Source of the DNA: Isochrysis galbana | Lineage: Eukaryota | Assembly (NCBI GenBank): GCA_018136815.1 | Contig: CM030935.1 | Span: forward strand, 6,076,935 to 6,108,934 | Direction: 5' to 3' | DNA: 32,000 nt | Part shown: positions 1-10,602 of the stretch, one piece after another | How the letters are laid out: the number at the start of each line of letters is the position of its first letter | Position numbering within the stretch: position 1 is the stretch's first letter | Program-made: the position numbers and the translations under genes | Notes under the pieces: generated by a model | What the model saw: the letters and a program-made list of their open reading frames with translations, nothing else | What the model was told of the DNA's origin: nothing | Database searches by the model: none

Positions 1-2691
1 AACCTACATGGGCCGGACGGCCTTCCTCTCATCACTAGGGGCCGGGCTAGCCTCGTCTTCTCCTTGTCCGGTCGCCTCTTCCGTCATTCGTTCGCGGTCA
101 TCGAAGGAAACGCGATGCTTCTGCTCGGGAACGATTTTTTGGCCGCCCACTCCGCTACCATTTCTCTCGACGCCGCGAGCTCGGAAGGAAGCCTCCGCCT
201 CCGTCCGGCCTCTGGCGATTCAGAAGACTCTTCAAGAGTCCTTTCCGAATGTGTAGTCAGAGTTTCCACGGCGCCGCCCCCAGTCGCGGACGCCGGCTTC
301 GTCGGAGCTATCTCGATGTCACCCGGTCAGCCGCTGACTGTCGACTTTCTGGAGAGGTCGACGGCAACACGAGAGATCCCGGCCGGATCGGAGGGTGAGG
401 CTGCTGCTGATGCTAGACAGCCACTCTATACACCTCTCTTTGAGTCTGCCGACGAGTTTGCGGCCAAAGCTCCGGCGTCTACCTCGTCCGAATATCTTCT
501 CTACACGGAGCAAGCGGTGACGATTCCTGCCTTCCACCGCGCAACCATCTGGGTCAGGGTTCCGCTAGCTCTCCGAGATCATTCGGACTGCGCGATGCTG
601 GTCGACCGCCTACCAAATCGCGAGGCTCTCGATTCGTCTCCTCTCGTAATGCCCACGGTGGTCACGCCCACGGAAGATCATCGCATCGCGGTGACGATCG
701 TCCACACCGGGGTCAATGCGCTGACCCTGCCGTCTCTGCATCCGATAGCTTCGCTCCAGGTGCGTTTCAAGTTGCACCGGGGCTGGACTCCGACTGGAAG
801 CGAGGGGGATGGTGACCCTGTCACCGCGCTGAGCGAGGAGCAACGATCTCTACTCGACTCAGCCACCATCGATCCAGACCGGCTTCTTTCCGACGATCAA
901 CGAGAAGAAGTACGCCAACTCTTGGCCCGGCGCATCAAAGCTTTCGCGTTGCACCCGGGGGCTCCAAACCATACGCACGTTCTCGAGGTGGAGTTGCCAC
1001 TCAACCCCGGCGCTGTTCCTCACCGGCACGCTCCGTCTAGAGTGGGCCGCGCAGGCGAGCTCATCATAGAAGAGGAGGTAGCCAAGATGGAAGCCGCCGG
1101 CATTATTCGCAAGTCAAATTCGGCTTGGGCTTCCCGAGTAGTCCTGGTCAGCAAGAAAGATGGCTCCGTTCGATTCTGCGTGGACTACCGCGACACGAGC
1201 GCCAAGCTACGCGTCGAGGATAGCCCTCTACCCCTCATTGTGGAGGCTATCGATAGGCTAGCGTCCGGCCAAGGGCCGCTCAGTTCTCTCTTCTTATGTA
1301 CTCTCGATTTAGCCTCTGGTTTTTGGGGCATCCCGATCAAAGAATCGCACAAACATATCACCGCTTTCACTACCCACCGCGGCAAATACGAGTTCAACTT
1401 TCTACCGTTCGGCATCCAATCAGGTCCCTCCTACATGTGCCGCTTGATGGACATCGTTCTCGGTGCGCTAGCGTGGGAGATCTGCATGCCTTACCTCGAT
1501 GATGTGGGCATCTGGTCAACGGGCGTGGGTCCTTCCGAAGAGGCCAGGGCACAGGCTTCGTTCGAGCAAATGCTTCACCGGCTAGACCTCGTTCTCGAAC
1601 GGCTAGAGTGGGCCGGTCTGACCTGCAAGATGTCCAAGTGTGTCTTCTTTGCCACCTCTACGGAGTACCTCGGTCACGTTGTCTCGAGGGAAGGTCTCAA
1701 GATGGACCCGAAGAAGGTCGCAGCTGTCGCCGACATCGACCCGTCATCCATCAACTCCTTGGAAGCGGTTCGATCTTTCCTCGGCCTTTGCTCCTACTAT
1801 CGTCGATTCATTCGCCAATTCGCCGCTAAGGCTGCTCCTCTCACTGCCCTCACGCGGAAGGGCTGCGACGTGGCAAAGGAGTCCCAGTCCGAGGAGTGTC
1901 GCCGAGCTATCCAAGAGCTCAAGACAGCGATCACTTCGGAGCCCGTCTTGACTCCACCCAGGGATGATCGGCCCTTCATCGTCAAGACCGATGGGGCTAG
2001 CAAGTTGGGTATCGCCGGCATCCTCTCGCAGCTAGGAGACGATAACCGTGAACGAGTCGTTGGGTATTACGCTCGCAGTCTCACCTCGGCCGAACGCCAT
2101 TGGACGGTGACCGAGATTGAGCTCTTGGCTGCCCTGGAATCAATCCGAAATTGGCGACCCTACCTTTGGGGGCGTCGGTTCAAGTTAGTCGTTGACCACT
2201 CTGCGCTGCGATGGCTGCATACCATGAAGGATCAAGTAGCCGGTGGGCCAGCCTCTCGGCTGACTCGGTGGGCTCTCAAGTTGGCTGAGTACCGGTTCGA
2301 TGTCGAACATAAACCAGGAGCTGTTCATCAGGATGCTGACGGGCTGTCCCGGCTAGCATCCCTGGAGCCGGAACACGAAGATGAACCACTCGCCGGCCCA
2401 GCGCCGCTAGCGGTACGTGAGCCTAGCTCAGAGTCTCTAGCCGAGCATGAACGGTCTCATCCGGTGGCTGCCATCACGCGCTCCGTAGCTACGGCGCGAG
2501 GGCTTCAAGCTTTGGATCGATCTCGTCGTCGAGCCTCCGATTCCGGGCCCGCCATCCAGTCCAGTTATTTGGCCCCGCGTACGCCGACTTCCGAAGAGAT
2601 GAAAGCGGCACCCGGCGCAACACCCGAGCAAAGCTCCTGTAAAAGGGAGAAGTGGGTGGGGCAGTGCGTACGAAAGAGGCCGCCGCGTTAA
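1..2691 (+). mobile_element. Ty3/gypsy-type LTR-retrotransposon pol ORF (protease end, reverse transcriptase, RNase H); 5' partial; no integrase
   Basis: The frame-1 ORF is open from base 1 to the stop at 2689-2691. Motifs in the translation: protease end LLLGNDFL; RT LDLASGFWGIPI, FLPFGIQSGPSYM, YLDDVGIWS, KCVFFATSTEYLGHVVS, FLGLCSYYRRFI; RNase H FIVKTDGASKLGIAGILSQ and TEIELLAALESIRNWRPYLWGRRFKLVVDHSALRWL; RH-IN linker HKPGAVHQDADGLSRL. No HHCC/DDE integrase sequence follows. Confidence 0.9.
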
Positions 2692-2795
2692 GCCGCCGAT
2701 TTCGTGCTCGCTTTGGATCCAAAGGGTGTTCTTGTCTCCACGTTTCGCTCGCTATGTTTCGTTGCTTCTTGTTCCGATTCTGACCTCTGGTCAGC

Positions 2796-3130
2796 TCAGG
2801 TTCCAGGTTCCAGGTCTCTGTTTCCAGGTTCACCGCTCGACATCGGGAGACGTCTCGATCTTAGTCGGGGGGTGTCGCATTCATCCTAGATGATGCGATT
2901 TCCAGGCTCTTGTTTCCAGGTCCTTCGCCGTGCGGCCACACGGTGAAGCTCAGGTACATCTAGGTTGGTAGGGTTCGTCCCTAGCGATCTAGAATTCGAG
3001 TTCTCGTTTCGTTCCTTCTAGCCTGTTTGTCAGGTCTAGATTCCAGGTTTCCTCCTTTCGGGTAATCTTTACCTAAAGGAGCCAGGTCGCCTGTTGCTCG
3101 CTGCGCGCTTGTCTCAGGCTCTCAGGTTAC
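2796..3130 (+). repeat. Dispersed TTCCAGG / CAGGT word array in the non-coding region downstream of the pol stop
   Basis: TTCCAGG occurs at about 2801, 2808, 2823, 2900, 2914 and 3041. CAGG(T/C) variants occur at about 2796, 2950, 3031, 3081, 3113 and 3121. No credible ORF lies in 2692-4330. Confidence 0.6.
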
Positions 3131-4339
3131 CTTGTGAAGGCTTGTTTAGCTTCTTGCAAGGCTTGTCGTTTCTTGTTGGGTTCCGGTTCTTTCTTGGGAC
3201 CTGCTGACTTTCGTTGTCGTCCAGGCCTGTTCTTCATAGGTTCTGCTTGGCCTGGTTAGGGTTTCGTTGCCTTCCCGCGTTTGGCGTTCGTCTTGGCGTT
3301 CGGAAATTTCCTCTCACATTCCCTAGGTCCGCTACCCTTGGCTTGTAGGTCCTTGCTTCTTTCTTCTCGGTCAAGGTGTTTGGCGAGCGAGTCGGTTGCT
3401 CTAGCCGCTCGAGATTTGAGGTTTAATTTGCCATCTCCCCTTGGAGACCGGTGTAGGTTCGCTTCCTAGGTGAGGGAATCTTTCCCCTTGATGCAAGTTA
3501 CATGCAAGCCCTTGGCCCCTTTGGTGTTTCTTCCCCTTGGTTGCTACTCAGGGTTGTTCGTTAGAAGCGTCTAGAAGGTTCACGCTCAACGGCAAGATTT
3601 CCTCTGTCGTGAAGATATCTCGTTGCGATCTGTATCCAAAGTGATCGCCGTGGTCGCGCGACATGACGCTCCCCTTCGGACTCTCCGCTACGTGGGAAGT
3701 TACAACGGAGACACGCTCCGGCCGTCGCTGTGGAGTCTCTCTCTCTCTCGCTCTCTCTCTCCGTCTCTCGCGACGTGTTTGAGTTATCGGTGATTTGGGG
3801 TCGCGGTTGCTTGATAATTTGCTTGGTTTGGGTGAATGATTCCGGTGTGTTCGTGAGTCGGTGTATCCTGTTGTTCTCAGCTTCGTTGTCCGTCGTTGTT
3901 CGCTGCGTCGCTGCACTCAAGCAGCTTAGGCTCCCTCCCTGAGGGAAGAGTTCTTTGTAGGTCTAACAATCTCTTACAACCCATCACACTAGGGCCGCTA
4001 GGAGCGCCTCGCCGCCCCACAGCCCTTCGTTCGCCGTTCGTTCCCCGTCCAGACACCCAAATGGGGTTGCCCGACCCAGTCCAGAATTTCATTCACCCGA
4101 CTCCCGGTGGGGAGGAGGGCCAAAGCGCCGCGCTAGCCGCCGGTGCTGCTCGCGACGGAGTGGCTCAGAGCCCTCCGGCTCCGCTCGACTCGACACCTGC
4201 CTTGCGGCCCGTCCCTCGTGCGCTACCTAGGGGCTGGGTGAATGGGGTTTCCTGCAGCAGATGGTGTGCACCGATCCCCGATAGGTTTTTCCTCCCCTTC
4301 CTCCTGTACCATCGGGCTACCGGTTTCTATGTTGTTTTC

Positions 4340-5513
4340 TTTTTATAGACCTATGAGATGGGCGGAGTGTTTCCGTGCTTACGGGGGTCGAGGCAGGGCG
4401 GGTGAGTGAAGCGTCGTGCCGGCCTATGCGCGGTTACGCTAGCTTTTCCGTTAGTTGGAGTGCATTGGCTATTGCGGCCAGGTTACCGCCTAACATCAGT
4501 GTGCCTTTATCGTTGAATGTAAAGACGGGCGCGCAAAGCTCGCGCGGGGACTTGAGCTTCGGTTTTCTCCCTTGTGAGGCTATGCTAGTGCGTGCGGTCG
4601 AGGGCTTGTCCGGGGGGGTGAGTTCTCTGGCGAGGGCCGTAAATCTGCTAAGGGTTTTCTCGATGACCGGCACGTGATGGAAAGTGTAGTTGTCAAATTC
4701 TACTTTGTAAAAGTCACCTATTATGTACCTCCACGCTATGATGTAGAGGGCTTTGAGGCTGTCGGGTGTCGTTGTGTTCGGGTATACGAAGAGTCTGTCT
4801 TTGAGCTTTTGTGCTGTCGATCTGTCTACTCTAGGCGTGTACCCCGTCACCGCTTCTACGGCCTGGAAGATTTGTTGAGTGGAGGGGCATCTGGCGAGGT
4901 GTGTCGAGTTTTCGCGATGTTTTTTACATAATCTGCATTTCGCCGTGGTCGCCGTGGCGAATCGGTTTCGTGTGCCTAGCCTCCTATGAGTGATGTGTTT
5001 AAAGTGGGGGTGTTTGTCGGTGTGCTTGAGCATCGGGTGTGTGTATAGTTTTGCCACGTGGATCCACTCATCCCGGGTCAAGTCTAGTTTACGGGTCCAC
5101 TTTTCTCGGGCCGGTTGCGGTTTGATTGAGGTGTGTGTTGTGCCCATAGGGGCCACCCGGCCACGGGCCGCGCTGCCGGAGCAGCGCGGCCCTTGCCAGG
5201 GCGAGAGGGGCCTCTGCCATAAGGCATGCCCAATGGAGGGGTGGCTGCATGAGCCTGGCACTGGTGGGGTGCTGCCAGCAGCCTGCTGCCCCCCATGGGG
5301 GAGGCCAGCATGGCTGCCATGTGTGGTGTGGCCGGGGCCACGGGCCGTGTGGCACGACCGGAGTCGCACGCACCTGCTCGGCCTCGGTGGGCGGACGCGG
5401 CCGCTTCGTCAGCGGCTGCTCCATGGGCACTGGGGGGGCGCCCTCGGTGGGGGGCCCGAAGGAGAGGGGAGTCGCGTCGGCGCGCTCCATCGCGTCTAAG
5501 TATAAACTTAGTT
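4340..5513 (-). mobile_element. Internally deleted non-LTR (LINE-like) retrotransposon copy: 5' module fused to the ORF2 C-terminus
   Basis: The C-terminal part of ORF 4434..5369(-) reads ...KWTRKLDLTRDEWIHVAKLYTHPMLKHTDKHPHFKHITHRRLGTRNRF...CRLCKKHRENSTHLARC. This CX2CX8HX3C knuckle is typical of the region after RT in LINE ORF2. An A-rich stretch (minus strand TATAAAAAGAAAACAACA, about 4333-4350) is a possible 3' end; that boundary is approximate. 5138-5513 is homologous to 30491-30866 in the opposite orientation. Confidence 0.65.
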
Positions 5514-5787
5514 ATGCCCAAATATGTTTTGAAAATATGCCGTTTATATGTGAGGCTCTAACCCAAATATCAAATATGTCGAAAATATGTAGATATGTCA
5601 CCATGTCGCCGCGGTACGAGCTGTGAGCTGTGCGTGCACGCGTGCACGCGCGGCGACATATGTGAGAAGAAGCGTCCACCGTCCGCCCCCCCAACATCAG
5701 CAATAGTTAGTTACTTGTAGTGAGCCATATTATTGCTAACTGCTAATTGCACACTATTGGCTAACATGCTAAGATACTCCTTCACGC

Positions 5788-6153
5788 TTACATGCGGCAC
5801 TCATTATCACGCTTGTTGCGATTGTATCGCAACATGACGGACGCTTGGATCTGATCGGCCAAAGAAGTGGACCGGTCCGATGGGAACATGCATGAAAGCA
5901 ACGAAAAGACGCGCTCGCAACACGCCGAGTTTGGAGAAAGAGACAGGGCACTCCTAGCTGCCTTCGCCCACGTTGGGAATCGAGTATGATTGGCAGCCCA
6001 CCATGCAAGGACGTCCTTCGTGAAGTCAGCGACATCTGCTACGTTGATTGTCACCCCTTGGCAAGCCAACAAATATGATGGGAGCTTGTTTAGCCCTTCA
6101 ATCTCCCATTGTAGCTGGTGCCATCCGCAACCCCATAGTGAGTGACCGGGCTA
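5788..6153 (-). mobile_element. hAT-superfamily remnant: terminus plus subterminal sequence joined to the C-terminal dimerisation domain only
   Basis: ORF 5788..6072(-) reads ...FTKDVLAWWAANHTRFPTWAKAARSALSLSPNSACCERVFSLLSCMFPSDRSTSLADQIQASVMLRYN, the hAT C-terminal motif (WW...P.L...A...L..P.S...CER.FS). The terminus TAGCCCGGTCACTCACT on the minus strand ends at 6153 and recurs at 9246 and 9989. Confidence 0.7.
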
Positions 6154-6609
6154 TCTGAGTGGGGGCGCGCGCGTTGGCATGTCAATTGGCGGGAAGGAAG
6201 GGCTGGATAGCTGGGGCGGGTGACGGGTGTGTGTGTGCTGGAAGCGACACTTCTGCCCTTTGGGGACGGCAGAGGACGGGGTTCCAGTCCCGCAACCCCG
6301 AGAGTGGCCTTTGGTGGGCACTTGCAGGTATTGTGAACTAAGTTGATAGGTGAACTAAGTATGAAGCCGTAGTTGTATAGCGATAATAGAACAGGTATTT
6401 AATGCCATGATACTTCACCCTTGGCGGCCTAGTTGTGATGGCCGACCGTTTTGTGCCTTCAAGCTGGCATTTCCGCGGATGACAACTGCGCGAGGCTGCA
6501 CGGCACTATCCAACAACAATGACGGACGATCGCCAGAGACATCAAGAGGCGCTGGCTTGCCGTCGGGTGAGTGCCGAGACAGGACGCACGCGTCCGGGGG
6601 GGGCATCGC

Positions 6610-8268
6610 CTACACCATTACCCAACTCGTCCTCATACTTGCCAAGGCGTGCACCTTCCCCACCCCGCACGACCGCTCTACCGTGCGTGTCTCCTCCCTG
6701 CAACCCTTTCCTAGTGATATTGACAAGCTGGGATGCAATTTAACCTCACGCCACCCACGACATTGTGCTGCCTCCGCCTGTAGGAAAGTGTGTCGCTTGT
6801 GTGACTCCGGAGCCGATCGCAAGCAGCACCTCCAACGTGAGTAGGTCATCTGCCTACTCAACGAGCCCGTCGCATGCTCGTTCTGTCTTGCGACGCTCAC
6901 AGCGGCATCCTCTATGGCCTGCACCCACTTATCCATCTCGCCCGGCGTATCGGCGTAGAACACGAAGGAGGTATGGTGCCCCAACTCGAAGCCCGCCTCC
7001 GAGCCGGCTTTCAAAGACTTCATGCGAGTCACCTTAGTACAGGACCTCAGTCGAAATCCGCGGCGCTGCGTGCACAGCCCGAGGCCAATGGGGCTCACTC
7101 GCACGTCTTCAAGGGGCACAAGACCCAAGGGTTGCGCGTCGTCCGGCCGTCTGAAATAGTAGAGCACGGAGTTCGAAAGGATGACATAGCGACGATTCCA
7201 AGAGCGGCACCGACCACCGCACTTGTACAGCCACCCTTCGAATGACGACTCTATGAACTCTCGCTGCTCGATACGAATTTCGCGATCGACAACCGACGCG
7301 TAGAGACGGCGCAGCAGAAGCTCGGGCAGGTCGGCGCCGCAATCGATCCCGCGATTCCCGGAAATGAACTGGGCACACGTCATCTTGCGGTGCCGCGGAA
7401 TGCGCACAGAGTGTGCGTCCACATTGAGGATGATGAGAGAGTAACAGAGCACGTACACCGTTTCGGCGCAGAGCAGGCCAGCGGGTTTGCCGGCACCCGC
7501 CACGAGCGTTGCGTCCAGCGTCTCAATACTACCGTCGCTATGACGCTGGCACTCGGCATAGCGCTCGGCGAAGCTCTCAATGATGCGGGATATCTGCTGC
7601 GCTTCTCCGGGCAGGCGGAAGAGTGAGAGGAAGAACCGTAGAGCTTCGTCCAGATCAAGCGCGCTGAAGTCGAGAAGCCGCACGAGCGCGCTCAACACCG
7701 GCTGCGCGTCAGGCCGGCCGAGGTAGTCGCCGATTTGGTTGGTAGAAAGCCGCTTGCAGCTAAGCAGCCAACAGGCCACGTCAATGGGGGTGAGCTTCCG
7801 CCCTGGGAGCTCTGCTCCGCCCTCCCCGTCCACCGCAATGCCCTCTGCGGAAGGCTCGATGAGCGAGCGGACAGTCGCTGCAGGCTCCCTGCGGAACTGA
7901 TGCGCGGCCCTGCACGGGACGGGTGGGTTGACCACGCGTGCTACGAGCACCCTCGAGCCATCTGGCAGATTGGCGGCGAGCTCGGTGGTGCGCTCGCTCT
8001 CGGTCGGCCCGTCCCTTGTCCAAAGGCGCGAGGGCGAGGCAAGATCCTGAGTCGGCAGCTGGCCCTCGTCTATCCCACCTGCCGAGCCCTGGCTCGACGA
8101 GAAGCTGGCACCGTCGTCCCCCGCTGAGTGAGAGGAGGAGCGCTCATGGAGCAGTGGCTCAGAGCATCCGCCGCTCGGCCGTGCCGCGCAAGGGCAGAGG
8201 CAGCGGTTCCAGCCGTCGGGGCGCCGCTCGTCGGTCAGCTTGAGCCACGAATGAGACTCGGCGCCCAT
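6610..8268 (-). CDS. Sec7-domain plus PH-domain ARF guanine-nucleotide exchange factor (cytohesin-like architecture)
   Basis: Sec7 core: IGDYLGRPDAQPVLSALVRLLDFSALDLDEALRFFLSLFRLPGEAQQISRIIESFAERY, which includes the catalytic-Glu motif FRLPGEAQ, then YVLCYSLIILNVDAHS...KMTCAQFISGNRGI. PH domain: FEGWLYKCGGRCRSWNRRYVILSNSVLYYFRRPDD...FVFYADTPGEMDKWVQAIEDA. I took the first ATG (MGAESHSW) at 8268. The track ORF start at 8409 lies in a low-complexity leader. The 3' end is uncertain because a GTGAGC donor-like site follows ...IEDAA, so a terminal intron is possible. Confidence 0.85.
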   Translation of the reverse strand: MGAESHSWLKLTDERRPDGWNRCLCPCAARPSGGCSEPLLHERSSSHSAGDDGASFSSSQGSAGGIDEGQLPTQDLASPSRLWTRDGPTESERTTELAANLPDGSRVLVARVVNPPVPCRAAHQFRREPAATVRSLIEPSAEGIAVDGEGGAELPGRKLTPIDVACWLLSCKRLSTNQIGDYLGRPDAQPVLSALVRLLDFSALDLDEALRFFLSLFRLPGEAQQISRIIESFAERYAECQRHSDGSIETLDATLVAGAGKPAGLLCAETVYVLCYSLIILNVDAHSVRIPRHRKMTCAQFISGNRGIDCGADLPELLLRRLYASVVDREIRIEQREFIESSFEGWLYKCGGRCRSWNRRYVILSNSVLYYFRRPDDAQPLGLVPLEDVRVSPIGLGLCTQRRGFRLRSCTKVTRMKSLKAGSEAGFELGHHTSFVFYADTPGEMDKWVQAIEDAAVSVARQNEHATGSLSRQMTYSRWRCCLRSAPESHKRHTFLQAEAAQCRGWREVKLHPSLSISLGKGCREETRTVERSCGVGKVHALASMRTSWVMV

Positions 8269-8746
8269 CGGCGTCCTGGCGTCAGCGAAGGGAGGGAAGG
8301 GAGGGAGGGGGCGAGGGAAAGCAAGGGAGGGGGGAGGGGGGGGGGGGCGGTAAGGCAAGGCGGAAGGGTGGGGCGCGCTTGAGAAAGAAGAGAGAAGAGA
8401 ACGAAGCACGCAGAGGTGAGAGGGGAGCTAGAGGACTTTAGGCAGTTCTCTCTCTTGATGAAAACTCAAGGAATTATTAGGAGTGAGGCGGTCCCTCCTG
8501 GAGGCGCCCTCCTCCTCCCTTTTCCCGCCCTCTCTCCTCCACTCCCCCCCCCACACTCTGCTCTCTCCACAGAACTCTGTTGTGTTCCTCACCCCCCCCT
8601 CATTTCCTCTCCTCTGCGCGGCTGAGCTTCTCTCCTGCTTTCTCCCTCTCCTGTTCTTCTCTCCTCCTCTCCTTGAAGGAGGAGGGACGGCGCGCAGCAG
8701 GTTCTCTCTCCTCTTGCGGTTCCTTTGGCTTCTTCCCCGGGTCGCC

Positions 8747-8777
<31 letters not shown>

Positions 8778-8948
8778 GGAGAGAGAGGAGAGAGAGAAGG
8801 GACTTACTTACAACCCGGGTAAAGTACAAAAAAGAAGAGGGAAAAGGAGAGAAGGAGAAGAGAAAGAGAGAGAGGGGAGGGGGGAGAGAGAGGTGATGAT
8901 GCGAGACAAGAGGGGGGAGAGAGAGAGAGAGAAAGGGAGGGAGGGAGG

Positions 8949-9015
<67 letters not shown>

Positions 9016-9027
9016 AGAGAGAGAGAA
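8747..9027. repeat. (GA)n microsatellite blocks ending in a G29 homopolymer (8987-9015)
   Basis: Direct reading: GA runs at 8747-8797 and 8911-8986, an uninterrupted G run at 8987-9015, then GAGAGAGAGA. Confidence 0.95.
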
Positions 9028-9245
9028 GACGGAAAGGAGGCCGAGAGCTCCTCATGATATTTATAACAGCGACGACGTCAAAGAGATCCTTCCTTGCTGC
9101 GCTTCACGAGTTAGAACCGTCAGAGCACTTTACAAGAGTACACGTGTTCGTTCGAGATTCAAGAACTGCCCTTCAACTCCTTAGAGCTCTACTGCCGCGC
9201 GGGCCGAAGCACCGAACTCCTAGCTAGATGGTAGATGGGAAATGC

Positions 9246-9989
9246 TAGCCCGGTCACTCACTGTGGGGGTGCGGAGGGCACAAGCTACACTGTATAAATG
9301 AAGTGCTAAGTAAGCTCGTAAGCTCCCTATACCTATACAGTAGCGGCGCGCGGCGCACAATTACAATTAAGAAAACAGAAAATTTTGTCCTCTATACCTA
9401 TACTATACTTTCCTTAGCGCTCGCTCGGCCGCGAGACCATAGGAGTTTCTTAAGCTGGGTTTCTTGCTCGCACGGCCTCCCTGGAACCGGCTTCTTGCCA
9501 ACGTCAAGCGAGCCAAAGCAGTGGGGCTCGAGCGCAAGCGAATCAAGGCATTCCTGCAGCGCGTGGGGCGAGGATGGGTCAGTGTGGATGTGTGCCACCC
9601 TCAAGACCCCGCGTGCTCCCTACCAGTGGCCCCCCACACTGCTCGCGAGAGGTGTGGGCTCACCATGCCCACTACCTCCAGGCCATTCTTCGGCCAATCG
9701 CGGGCGATTGCCCTTCGCGGAAGCTCCGCGTTTCTTATAGTGATGCGCCCCTTATTCATTTCTCTGATTCCCTCCCGTGGGCGACCGTGTCATTCTCCCA
9801 AAATAGACCGCCACGCCCGGGGGAAGGGAGGGGGGTCACTCACCGACGCCATTGCCTTTCGTGGGGCGGGAGGGGGTTCGTGGGGGGGGGGAGACGGTTG
9901 CCGGGGCAGGTAGGGGGGGACCCTGCGGAATCCTTGGACACCCAGGGGAGGCGGAAAATAGTGGTTAAAAAGAGTGAGTGACCGGGCTA
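9246..9989 (+). mobile_element. Non-autonomous TIR element (hAT-like family), 744 bp, with perfect 17-bp terminal inverted repeats
   Basis: The left end TAGCCCGGTCACTCACT (9246-9262) is the exact reverse complement of the right end AGTGAGTGACCGGGCTA (9973-9989). The first roughly 85 nt are homologous to the minus strand of 6070-6153, with about 89% identity over the first 47 nt. There is no transposase ORF inside. The flanks GGAAATGC and GGAGAGGG do not form a TSD. Confidence 0.6.
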
Positions 9990-10533
9990 GGAGAGGGAGG
10001 TGGTGGCGATGGAGGCGGCGGTGATGGAGGTGGAGGAGAGGGTGGTGGAGGAGATGGAGGTGGTGGCGAGGGGCGAGGGTGGTGGTGGCGAGGGAGGTGG
10101 AGGAGACGGAGAGGCCGCGAGCGGTCCTCGACGAAAGAAAAAAATGGCTGCGCCGCGCTTCGCGTGGGGGGGGGGGGGAGCGGGGAAGGGCGTGGGGGGG
10201 GCGGGGGGGGGGGGCGGGGGGGAATCGCCGAGGATGCCCCCCCCCCCCGCCCCCCGAGGACGTGGAGGGCGCGCGCGGGGGGGGGGGGGGGGGGGCAGCG
10301 TGGCGCGGGAGCGGGGGGGAGGAGATAGAGGGAGGAAGCGGCGAGAGAGTGGAGGCGGTACACGAGAGGGGAGGGGCGATCGTGTGAAGAGAGCGGCCAG
10401 ATGGCATGAAGAAAGCACGAGGGGAGGAGTATGGCAGAGGGAGCAGCGCGGGAGGAGCCCTCTTCTGGTGGGTGAGGTCGTTAGAAAGAGAGAGGGGGGG
10501 GGGAGAGCGAGGATGGCGATCCGAGGAGGGAGG

Positions 10534-10602
<69 letters not shown>

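Noticed and set aside
2641-2664. The purine-rich AAAAGGGAGAAGTGGGTGGGGCAG followed by TG, as a possible polypurine tract and 3' LTR start
   Set aside because: It lies inside the pol ORF end, it is interrupted by pyrimidines, and no second LTR copy in the window can confirm it.
4990-5626. A cluster of 85-169-aa ORFs on the + strand, with a mirrored cluster at 30429-30803 on the - strand
   Set aside because: They are antisense to the GC-rich 5' module of the LINE-like family. Their recurrence reflects the DNA repeat, not conserved coding.
6275-6300. A tRNA-like T-arm, GGGGTTCCAGTCCC
   Set aside because: Only a 3-4-bp stem forms, the T-loop has a pyrimidine where a purine is expected, and no complementary acceptor stem lies about 70 nt upstream.
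9232-9243. The 12-mer TAGATGGGAAAT, identical to the core of the MITE TIR (22818-22829), lying directly left of the 9246 TIR element
   Set aside because: It is a single 12-mer with no partner TIR and no MITE-like interior beyond 9989. I could not establish a nested insertion.
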